NCBI GenBank assembly: GCA_965199955.1
Contig: CBDATQ010000001.1
Span: forward strand, 1,419,897-1,483,896
DNA from: Spirochaetia bacterium
Lineage (GTDB): Bacteria; Spirochaetota; Spirochaetia; SZUA-6; Bin103
Length of the DNA: 64,000 nucleotides
Direction: 5' to 3'
A program made the translations under genes and the position numbers. Below are positions 1 to 8,151 of the stretch, piece after piece. The notes beneath the pieces were generated by a model. It had not been told where the DNA came from. It was given only the letters and a program-made list of their open reading frames with translations, and made no database searches. Each line of letters begins with the position of its first letter. Position 1 is the first letter of the stretch.

Positions 1-740
1 TCGCCGTGCGCGCTCTGCTGGAGCGGCTGGGCGAACCGTTCGGGGTCGAGCTGGCACTGCACAAGGGCATGCCAATGGCCTCCGGACTGGGGGGCTCGGC
101 GGCCAGCGCCGCCGCGGCGCTGATCGCCGTGAACCGGCTGGCCGGCGATGCCATGCCGCCGGAGGAGCTGCTGCCCTGCGCGCTGGCGGCGGAGCGGGCC
201 GCCGCCGGCGCCGGCCACGCCGACAACGCGGCGCCCGCCTTGCTGGGAGGTGTCGTCCTGATCCGCAGCAGCGACCCGCCGGACCTGGTACGCCTGCCGG
301 TGCCGGCCGGCCTGGCCGTGGCCCTGCTCAGTCCCGACGTCGAGATCCGCACCGCGGCGGCGCGGCGCATGCTCCCCACGCAGATTCCGCTCACCCACGC
401 TGTGGCGCAGTGGGGGAACCTGGCGGCGCTGGTGGCGTCGCTGCACTCCGGGGACCTGGCGCTGATGGGCCGCTCGCTGTGCGACGTGGTGGCCGAGCCG
501 GTGCGGGCGGCGCTCATCCCGGAGTTCGACCGCGTGAAGCAGGCGGCGCTGGCCGGCGGCGCGATCGGTTGCTCCATATCCGGTTCCGGTCCGGCGGTGT
601 TCGCCCTGGCGGCGTCCACGGCGCGGGCCGCCTCCGTGGGGGAGGCCATGAAGAGCGCGTTCGCAGCCGCCGGGCTCAAGGCCGTCAGCTATGTGTCGGA
701 GATCGGCACGTCCGGGCCGCGCGTGCTGGCGGAGCGCTGA
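1..740 (+). CDS. thrB: homoserine kinase, C-terminal ~246 aa (5' end lies outside the window)
   Basis: GHMP-kinase phosphate-binding motif GMPMASGLGGSAASAAAA; length and position immediately upstream of thrC; high GC3 frame. Confidence 0.85.
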   Translation, partial: AVRALLERLGEPFGVELALHKGMPMASGLGGSAASAAAALIAVNRLAGDAMPPEELLPCALAAERAAAGAGHADNAAPALLGGVVLIRSSDPPDLVRLPVPAGLAVALLSPDVEIRTAAARRMLPTQIPLTHAVAQWGNLAALVASLHSGDLALMGRSLCDVVAEPVRAALIPEFDRVKQAALAGGAIGCSISGSGPAVFALAASTARAASVGEAMKSAFAAAGLKAVSYVSEIGTSGPRVLAER

Positions 741-767
741 GTCGGGCGCGGATCGGGGAGGACGGCG

Positions 768-2111
768 GTGCAGGTCTGCTCCACCCGTGACCGCGGCATG
801 CGCCTGTCGTTCAGCGCGTCGCTCCTGGCCGGGCTGCCTCCGAAAGGCGGGCTCTACCAGCCCGATCCGCCCCCGGACCTGAGGGGCGAGATCGCCGCCC
901 TACCGGAAGGGGCTTCGTTCCGGGAGGTGTCGGCGGCCGCCACCTCCCGGTTGCTGGAGGAGGAACTGGCGGCGTCGCCCGGCGGGTGGGTGGCGACGGC
1001 AGACTCCCTGGTCGAGGAGGCGTTTCCGTTCGCGCCCGCGCTGAGCCGGCTGCATGACGGCATCGTCCTGCTGGAGCTCTTCCACGGCCCCACCTGCGCC
1101 TTCAAGGACTTCGGCGCGTCGTTCCTGGCCACGCTGCTTGCGCGCCAGCTCCGCGCGAGCCCCGGCGGACAGCGTGTCGTGGTGCTGGTCGCGACCTCCG
1201 GCGACACCGGCGGCGCGGTGGCGCGCGCCTTCTGGCGGCGCAGCGGCATCGACGTGGTGCTGCTCTACCCATCTGGCCGCATCAGCCGCCTGCAGGAGCA
1301 GCAGCTCACCGCGCTGGGCGGCAACGTGCACGCGCTGGAGGTGGCAGGCTCGTTCGACGACTGCCAGCGCCTGGTGAAGGCGGCGCTGGCCGATCCGGAG
1401 CTGGCGGCGGCGGCGCGGCTGTGCCCGGCCAACTCCATCAGCCTGGGCCGCCTGCTGCCGCAAGCGTTCTACTACCTGTTTGCGGGCGTGCGCCTCGGCT
1501 CCCACGGGCGGCCCCTGTTCTGCGTGCCCAGCGGCAACTTCGGCAACCTGACCGCCGGCGTGTACGCCGCCTGGTGGGGGTTGCCTGTCGCCGGGTTCCT
1601 GGCGGCAACCAACCGCAACGACGTGGTTCCGCGGTACCTCGAAACCGGCGAGCTGGCCCAACATCCGAGCTTCGCCACGCTGTCCAATGCCATGGACGTG
1701 GGCGACCCCTCCAACTTCGAGCGCATCCTGGCGCGCTGGGAACACGACCATGCGGCCGTGCGCGCCCACCTGCTAGGCTGCGCGGTCAGCGACGCCGACA
1801 CCCTGGCCACCATGCGCGACGTGCACCGCCGCGACGGCCGGCTGGTGGATCCGCACACCGCCGTGGGCATCGCTGCGGCTCGGCGCCTGCGCGAATCCAG
1901 CGGCGTGGACGCCGGCAGGCCGCTGGTGGTGCTGGCCACCGCCGACGCCGGGAAGTTCCCGGAGACCGTGCGCCGGGCCACCGGCGTCGAGCCGCCGATC
2001 CCGCCATCACTGCAAGAGCTCCTGGCGCGTCCCAAGCAGGCGACGCCGCTGGAGCCACGCTCTGCGGCGCTGCGCGCGTTCATCCTCGAGCGTGCCGCCG
2101 CCGGCGGCTGA
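768..2111 (+). CDS. thrC: threonine synthase
   Basis: 447 aa; PLP-lysine motif HGPTCAFKDFG; N-terminus STRD/GGLYQP typical of ThrC. Confidence 0.9.
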   Translation: MQVCSTRDRGMRLSFSASLLAGLPPKGGLYQPDPPPDLRGEIAALPEGASFREVSAAATSRLLEEELAASPGGWVATADSLVEEAFPFAPALSRLHDGIVLLELFHGPTCAFKDFGASFLATLLARQLRASPGGQRVVVLVATSGDTGGAVARAFWRRSGIDVVLLYPSGRISRLQEQQLTALGGNVHALEVAGSFDDCQRLVKAALADPELAAAARLCPANSISLGRLLPQAFYYLFAGVRLGSHGRPLFCVPSGNFGNLTAGVYAAWWGLPVAGFLAATNRNDVVPRYLETGELAQHPSFATLSNAMDVGDPSNFERILARWEHDHAAVRAHLLGCAVSDADTLATMRDVHRRDGRLVDPHTAVGIAAARRLRESSGVDAGRPLVVLATADAGKFPETVRRATGVEPPIPPSLQELLARPKQATPLEPRSAALRAFILERAAAGG

Positions 2112-2114
2112 CCC

Positions 2115-3284
2115 GCTATGGCGAAAGGAACCGCCTCGAGGCTGCCGCGATGTCCGGGTACTCGCCTGCGGCCACGGCGCCACAGAGAGCCGCGCCGACC
2201 GCCGCGGCCTCCGCATTGGGCGACCGTGCGCGTCCGGTGCCCATCTGCCGCGCCGTCTGGCACGAAGTCGCGCAGCGCTCGCAGCGTCCGGCCCCCCCAC
2301 GCCCAGGCCGGCCAGCAGATGGCCCTGCTCGATGTAGGGCCGCAGCTCCAGCCAGCCGTGGTCGAACGGCTTACCGGGCGTTCGCAGCGGCTCCAGGTCA
2401 CCCACGAAGACGCTGCATTGTCCGGCGGTGCCGACGTTGACGGCCACGGAGGCGTCGCGGTCGGCGACCGCACCGGCGTACGAGCACTGCATGTCACCGG
2501 AGGCGACGGAGACCGGCACGGCTGGCCGCAGTCCCATCGCGTCTGCCATCTCCGGCCGGAGCCGCCCGCCCGGCCGGCAGGAGCGCACCACCTCCGGCAA
2601 CAGCGACGGGTCCAGTCCGAGCCGCCGGACCAGATCCTGGTTCCAGACTCCGCTGATCACGTCGAACACCCCCCAGCCGGCGGCGACCGCCCGCGGCCCC
2701 GTCAGCCGGGCGACCAGGAGCTCCGGTGCGGTACCCGCGCGCGCACCTGCCGGCAGCTCACCGGCCTGCTGGAGCCAGAACAGCAGCGGGACGGTGAACC
2801 CATGCGCCAGGGGGCAACCGGAATCGGCAAAGCGCGGACGCTGTCCGCTCGGGGTGATGGCGCCACCGCGCTCGGCCATCAGGTCGAGCCAGATCCCGCT
2901 GCCGGCCTGACCTGCCGCGGGCTCGGCGGTGCGGCGGTCCTGCCAGCCGATGTACGGACCGATCGCGGTTCCGTCTGCGGCCAGCACCTGGCAGCCCTTC
3001 TGCTGTCCGGTGACGCCGATCGCCTCGACGGCAGCCCCCGCGCATGCCTCCCCGGCACACAACAGGGCCAGGTCGAGCATGCGCTCGAAGTTCCATTCCG
3101 ACCGCCCGCGAGCCCGGTCGGCGGGCGAGGTCAACTCCGCGTCGTTGGCGCGGGAGCTGATGGCGGTCACAGCGCGAGCCGCGGTATCGATCACCACCGC
3201 CGTGATGCTGGTGGAGCCCAGGTCCAGTCCGAGGTAGCGGCTCACGGCGTCGTGCTCCTGGTCCGCGTCAGAACATCCAGTCAA
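2115..3284 (-). pseudogene. FGGY/ASKHA-family carbohydrate kinase, apparently disrupted (frameshift plus internal deletion)
   Basis: N-terminal LGLDLGSTS ATPase motif and FGGY_N-like domain are intact in the frame of ORF 2007..3284. After a C7 homopolymer (~2296-2302) the FGGY motif GGRTLRALRDFV continues in a second frame. The conserved C-terminal tail AEAAAVGAALCGAVAAGEY...* ends at 2115 in a third frame. About 120 aa of the C-domain are missing. Confidence 0.45.
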
Positions 3285-4497
3285 ACTGCGGCAGCGGCAG
3301 CAGCAGGGCGCGGTCCAGGTCGGCCAGCAGTTCCGCCGGTCCGGCCAGGTCGTCGGTAAGCGCCAGCGAGCTGGCCGGCCGCACGCCGGCCCAGAGGCGT
3401 GAGAAGGCGCCCGCGGACGCGCGCAGCTCCGCGAGGCCGGCGCGGTGGCCGGGCTCGACCTCGGATACTTCGGCCAGCGTGACCCGATACGCGCCGGCGA
3501 TCCCCCGCCAGCCGCCCTGCGCCGTCGTCCCGTCCAGGTAGCGCTCGATCGGATCGGTGAGCGTCAGGTTGAAGCGCACGGGCCGGTGGGTCCGGGTGGC
3601 GGCGATACAGCGCTGCAGGTCCAGGATGCGGATCTGCTGCCACGCCACGTACTGGAAGCGCTGCTCGTGCCTGGCGTTGCGCATGGCAGCGAGCCCGCGC
3701 AGCGGCTGGTGGAGCAGGTCCTGCACCTGCAGATGCACAGGCTCGGGCATCCGTACCTGGTGGACCTGGTCCGACAGGGAGGTGATCAGCGCCAGCAACT
3801 CCAGCAACTGGTGACCGTCCTCGTAGGCCAGCCACCAGATCGAGTACGGACCGTTCTCGTTCTCGGCTTCCGCGTAGAGGTGGTGGGTCAGCCGGTCGCC
3901 TGCGAAATAGCCGAGCCCGAAGCCGTTCTTCGCCCAGCGCAGGTCCATCTCCGTCGCCGCCGAGTCGTCGAAGACCACCGAACCGTGCGCGCGCATCCGC
4001 GCGCAGCGGTTGGCGTGCATCGGCGCGGTATGATCGACGGAGAGCCGCCGCGGAGGCCGTGCCTCGCATGGGACGCGGAGCTTGGCCGGATCGAACCTCA
4101 GGTCGAGGTTGTTGGGCATGCAGCCGAACCCGAGCCGGTTGTAGAACCCCTGTTCGAACATCCCAAGCCCGGCGACCGCCGCGCCGCTGCCGGCGGCCTC
4201 CGCCAGCGCCGCCGCCGTGACCCGGCCCGCCAGCCCCTGGCGGCGCGCCACCCGGCTGGTGGTCACCGCCATCACCCCGCACAGGTCGAGGTCCGCATCC
4301 CGGTAGCGCATCGAGCCGCGGCTGGTGAACACCGAGCACTCCGCGTCGCCGTCGATACGCGCGACCCAGCCGTCCATGCGGCGCATGCCGACGTCGAGCG
4401 CACGCTCGTGCGTGTCCTCCTCGACCCAGCCGGCCTCCCGCCACATGCGGACGACGGCCTTCGCGTCGCGCTCCCGGTCCAGCCGCTCCGGCGTCAC
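3268..4497 (-). CDS. Eis-like GNAT N-acetyltransferase with SCP2-like C-terminal domain (410 aa)
   Basis: Only the last ~410 codons of the 858-aa ORF are protein-like. A GTG start at 4497 overlaps the upstream TGA stop (GTGA). GNAT-like N-terminal region; overall length and architecture resemble Eis-family acetyltransferases. Confidence 0.6.
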   Translation of the reverse strand: MTPERLDRERDAKAVVRMWREAGWVEEDTHERALDVGMRRMDGWVARIDGDAECSVFTSRGSMRYRDADLDLCGVMAVTTSRVARRQGLAGRVTAAALAEAAGSGAAVAGLGMFEQGFYNRLGFGCMPNNLDLRFDPAKLRVPCEARPPRRLSVDHTAPMHANRCARMRAHGSVVFDDSAATEMDLRWAKNGFGLGYFAGDRLTHHLYAEAENENGPYSIWWLAYEDGHQLLELLALITSLSDQVHQVRMPEPVHLQVQDLLHQPLRGLAAMRNARHEQRFQYVAWQQIRILDLQRCIAATRTHRPVRFNLTLTDPIERYLDGTTAQGGWRGIAGAYRVTLAEVSEVEPGHRAGLAELRASAGAFSRLWAGVRPASSLALTDDLAGPAELLADLDRALLLPLPQFDWMF

Positions 4498-6161
4498 GGA
4501 CGCCTCAGCACGACGCGGCCATCGCCGCCGGTGCCGCCGAGCACGCGGATCACCCCGATCTCGGCGCCAGCCTCGGCGCCGCGGGCGCGCACGAACCACT
4601 CGACGATACGGCTGCCGGTGAGCGCGCGCAGGTGTCCCAGGTCGAGATGGCCTCGCGCCGACAGCAGCTCCACGCCGCCGGCCGACATCAGGCTGGCGCG
4701 CACCGGCTGCAGGCGCGGCAGCCCGAGCCCCTGGTTGGTGATGTTGGTCGGCAGCCGCCCGCGGTTGGCGATGCGCGCGCGGATGCGGTAGACGTCGCCG
4801 CCCACCGGGGCGACCTCGACTTCCTCCGCCTGTATCCGCGGATGCCGCTCGGCGAACGAGCGCGTGAAGCGGTAGGCGCCGTCCACCATCAGCGCAAGCG
4901 CCGGCACCAGCGGATTGTCGATCGCCGTGAACAGCAGGCCGCCCAGCTCGACCGGGCCGAGCTGCGGGTGGTCGAACCGCCGCCACGGCTCGAACAGCGG
5001 GTGGCGCCGTCCGTCCTCGTCCCACCATCGGAGGAGCTGCCGGTACATCGCGTCGATCCCGTCCCGGTCGCGGGAGCGTTCGTGCCACTCGTGGGCGGAC
5101 ACGCCCGCGGCGTTGACGATCGTGCCCAGCTCCACGTCGAAGCCGGGGATGCCGAGCTGGTGATAGGCGAAGCCGAGCGCGTGGCCGCGCCTGCCGCCGC
5201 TGCGGCCGCCGGGTCCGGTCGGATCGCTGAGGGCGACGGCCGGGCTGTCGATCGCCGCCGCTCCCTCCTGCGCCAGCTCCTCCAGGAGCGCGTCGTCGCC
5301 GGGATCCAGGTCCTCGCGCGGGCCCCACGCAGGCGGCCGGATCACCGACGCCGAGCCGCAGTGGTAGCCCAGGATCCCGCACAGCTTGGGCTGCTTGAAG
5401 ATGAACTCGGCGAGCGACCGCATCTCCGGCTCGCTGAACGGGTAGTCGCCGGCGCCCTGCTGCTCGCCCTCGTGCCGCCAGTCGTCCGACCAGTTGCGGT
5501 TGAAGTCGAAGCTGCGCCCGGCGTGCAGCTCCGGCGCGCCGGGGTAGAAGGAGTGCAGGCCGCCGATGCGGACGTCGTCGGTGCCGTCCCAGTCGTTGAT
5601 CATCCCCTCCGGGAAGACCCGGTAGAAGGGGCCGGGCGAGGTGGGCCGCCGGTCGACCAGCAGCCGCGGCTCCTCCGGGTCGCAGACGTAGGTGCCGTCC
5701 GGGTGCTCCTGGCGGATCGTCAGGATCAGCCCGTCGCCGTCGATGTCCGCGGAGTAGATGGTGTTGGGAGCGCGGTTGACCGAGTCGGTGCGGCTGCGGA
5801 CGCGGGCGGTGGTGGCCACGCAGAACTCGGAGGCGTCCGGGCACAGCCGCGGGACCAGGTAGAGGACCACGCGCGACAGCAGCCCGCCGCGCTCGTGGTC
5901 CTCCAGCAGGCGGTGCGCCGTGTACAGGGGACCGTGCGTGGAGGCCGGCTCGTGCGCGTGGATGCCGCCGTGGACGAGGAAGGCCGGCCGCTCGGACGGA
6001 TCGCCGGAGTCGAACTCCGTGACGGTGAGCAGGTGGAGGTCGCGGCCCTGGGCCGTGCGGCCTATGGAGCCTGCCCGGCAGAGCGCGGGGTGGGCGTCGG
6101 CCAGCTCCCGCACCACGGCGCTGATCTCATCGTACGTGTAGAAGTGGTCGAACTGGATCAT
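4494..6161 (-). CDS. M14-family zinc carboxypeptidase, no signal peptide (cytoplasmic)
   Basis: 555 aa; zinc-binding HxxE motif HGGIHAHEPAS near the N-terminus as in M14 peptidases; ATG start overlaps the stop of the upstream PhyH gene (ATGA at 6158-6161). Confidence 0.7.
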   Translation of the reverse strand: MIQFDHFYTYDEISAVVRELADAHPALCRAGSIGRTAQGRDLHLLTVTEFDSGDPSERPAFLVHGGIHAHEPASTHGPLYTAHRLLEDHERGGLLSRVVLYLVPRLCPDASEFCVATTARVRSRTDSVNRAPNTIYSADIDGDGLILTIRQEHPDGTYVCDPEEPRLLVDRRPTSPGPFYRVFPEGMINDWDGTDDVRIGGLHSFYPGAPELHAGRSFDFNRNWSDDWRHEGEQQGAGDYPFSEPEMRSLAEFIFKQPKLCGILGYHCGSASVIRPPAWGPREDLDPGDDALLEELAQEGAAAIDSPAVALSDPTGPGGRSGGRRGHALGFAYHQLGIPGFDVELGTIVNAAGVSAHEWHERSRDRDGIDAMYRQLLRWWDEDGRRHPLFEPWRRFDHPQLGPVELGGLLFTAIDNPLVPALALMVDGAYRFTRSFAERHPRIQAEEVEVAPVGGDVYRIRARIANRGRLPTNITNQGLGLPRLQPVRASLMSAGGVELLSARGHLDLGHLRALTGSRIVEWFVRARGAEAGAEIGVIRVLGGTGGDGRVVLRRP

Positions 6162-6985
6162 CGACGCGGGTTCTGCTCCAGCCAGTCGCGCAGCGGAACG
6201 TCCTGCGGCTTGGGCGAGGTGTAGCCGTGCCCGCCCGAGGGACTGGCGCCCAGAAGCTGCCGCCGGATCGGATCGCAGCGCTCCATCACGTGGGCGACGG
6301 TCATGTCGTCGCGCGGGCGCAGCCAGCGGTAGCTGTAGCCGTAGAAGAGCGCCTTGCGCGGGACGTCGGCATGGTTCGGGCTGCCGGTGTGCCAGACGCG
6401 GCGGTCGAACAGCACGATGCCGCCGCGCGGCACCAGCACCTCGGTCGCCCCCGGCGGATCGACGTCGCGCCGCTCGCGGTCGATCGCCGACTCGTCCAGG
6501 TGGCTGCCGGGCACGGCGGCGAAATTGCCGCGGCCGGGCTCGCTGCAGTCGGTGAGGAAGAGGCCCACCTTCAGCGAGACGCGCGGTTGTGGGGTCGTCT
6601 CCAGCTCGTGGTTGAGCCGATCGCTGTCCTGGTGCCAGTGCCGCTTGCCGGGGTCCGCACCCTGGCCGGCGCCGGGGGTGACGATCATGTGCGAGTGATA
6701 GATCTGGATGTTCCAGCCCAGCAGGTCGAGCACCTTGGGGAAGGTCGCCGGCCAGTCGATCATCGCAAGCAGCCGGTCGTCGCGCCCCAGGAAGTCGAAC
6801 ACGTTGAGCCGGTCAAGCTCGCTGGCGCTGAGCGCGACCCGCTCGGCGGCGATGACGGCGTCGAACGCCTCCTCCAGGCCGTCTGTCACCGCCTCCGGTA
6901 GCCGGTCCGGGAGTACGAGGAAGCCGTCGCCTACGAACTTCTCTTCCTCCGCGTCAGTCAGGCGGTGCCGGTTCCATGCGTCCAT
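6158..6985 (-). CDS. PhyH-family Fe(II)/2-oxoglutarate dioxygenase
   Basis: 275 aa; HxD facial-triad motif HWHQDSD and distal His in WHTGSPN; typical PhyH size. Confidence 0.75.
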   Translation of the reverse strand: MDAWNRHRLTDAEEEKFVGDGFLVLPDRLPEAVTDGLEEAFDAVIAAERVALSASELDRLNVFDFLGRDDRLLAMIDWPATFPKVLDLLGWNIQIYHSHMIVTPGAGQGADPGKRHWHQDSDRLNHELETTPQPRVSLKVGLFLTDCSEPGRGNFAAVPGSHLDESAIDRERRDVDPPGATEVLVPRGGIVLFDRRVWHTGSPNHADVPRKALFYGYSYRWLRPRDDMTVAHVMERCDPIRRQLLGASPSGGHGYTSPKPQDVPLRDWLEQNPRR

Positions 6986-7243
6986 GACCGGATCGTTCAG
7001 CGATCGGTCTCAAAGCCGTCCGACAGTTCCAAGGTCATACGGTGCATGTGGATAACGCCTCCCGGCGAGGCCAGCCGGACCCTGCCTTTTGCCCGCCAAA
7101 CTATCGGATGCATGGCGGATCGTCAACGTCGCTGTGCCGCCCGTCGAGGTGACGGTAGCCCGCCTGCACGTCGTCTACATAGACGCTCAGCTCACGCGCC
7201 CGGTCGCGCAACGATGGCAGCGGGACGGGGACGCCGGTGGCCT

Positions 7244-7789
7244 TCATCGGGAAACGTCGACTGCTATCTGCTGCAGGGCCGATACCGCCGACTTCATCCG
7301 CAGATCGATACTCTCGCGGCGTTCCTCCAATGATCGCATCGATCTCAGATGCGCCTCGTACTGATCGATGGCTTCTTGGTGTTCCCGCTGCAGGTCCACC
7401 GAGACGTCATCGCGTAACTTGAGTCGCAGCGCGCGAAGCTCAGCCTCGATCTTCCAGGAGTCCATCGTTCCGTCTCCGGCGCGGTCCAACTCGGCGCGTA
7501 GCGTAGCGAGTCGGTGCAGGTGATGGAGATAGTCATCGATCTCCGGTTCCAACTCACTGCGCAAGCCTGTGCCGAGCGCGCCCTGGTCCTGTAGTTCGTC
7601 GAGGATCCGGTCGCACAGCTCGATCACGGAGTCGGGCGCCGCGGCGTCCGTGTCCATCGAGGCAGGCCGCGCGGCGCCGAACTCGACGCCGGCTTCTCGC
7701 AGAAGGCGGCGCATCTTCCGCTGTCGCGTCGAGGTGAGGGCGTAGTGCGAGGCCAGCGCGACGCCCGCAGCGCCGATCGCGGGAAGCAA
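7244..7789 (-). CDS. hypothetical coiled-coil protein with N-terminal hydrophobic segment
   Basis: 181 aa, charged heptad-like C-terminal two thirds, hydrophobic N-terminus LPAIGAAGVALASHYAL; GC3 lower than neighbouring genes. Confidence 0.4.
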   Translation of the reverse strand: MLPAIGAAGVALASHYALTSTRQRKMRRLLREAGVEFGAARPASMDTDAAAPDSVIELCDRILDELQDQGALGTGLRSELEPEIDDYLHHLHRLATLRAELDRAGDGTMDSWKIEAELRALRLKLRDDVSVDLQREHQEAIDQYEAHLRSMRSLEERRESIDLRMKSAVSALQQIAVDVSR

Positions 7790-8151
7790 CCATGGACCGG
7801 TGGCGGCGAATTCCTGAGCGTGCGGCGATCAGTGAACGCACCGCGCGCAGCGCCGCCTCATCGAGGGGCGGCAACGCTGGAACGCACGGGTAAGCCGAAC
7901 GCGCGGCGCAGACGAGCGCTCTGACTCTGAGCGGATGCGGGTTCCTTGTGTCCTCATCGGAACGCCGCGGTCCCTTCGGTCGGACGGCCGCCGGGTCAGG
8001 CTGACGTTACCGCCCCGGTCCGTACTACCACCCAGCCACAGCGCGGCCATTGCTACGCCTGTCCTCTCATCGCGTCACACGGAGACACGCCCGTCCGATA
8101 GTCCGGCACGTGCCTCTCCGATCGCCGCCGTTCTCCTGTATGATCTGCGCC

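Noticed and set aside
900-1769. 289-aa minus-strand ORF antisense to thrC, plus many similar long ORFs (2118..3359+, 3445..4791+, 4632..6224+, 8053..9831-, 19698..21851-, 23973..26657-, 26693..28783-, 34206..35489-, 38917..40437-, 40394..42373-, 43243..44805-, 63055..63969-)
   Set aside because: These are typical high-GC shadow ORFs. Their translations are R/P/G/A/H-rich low complexity, they lie antisense or out of frame to genes with clear family motifs and GC3 periodicity, and they have no credible starts or SD sequences.
4498-5844. 5' two thirds of the 858-aa ORF 3268..5844
   Set aside because: Only the last ~410 codons (from the GTG at 4497) are protein-like. The upstream part is an R/P/G-rich shadow frame over the M14 carboxypeptidase gene.
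7089-7364. 91-aa plus-strand ORF overlapping the 3' end of the coiled-coil gene
   Set aside because: The composition is not protein-like and it is antisense to a better-supported gene. The minus-strand 48-codon ORF noted in the findings is the more plausible small gene here.
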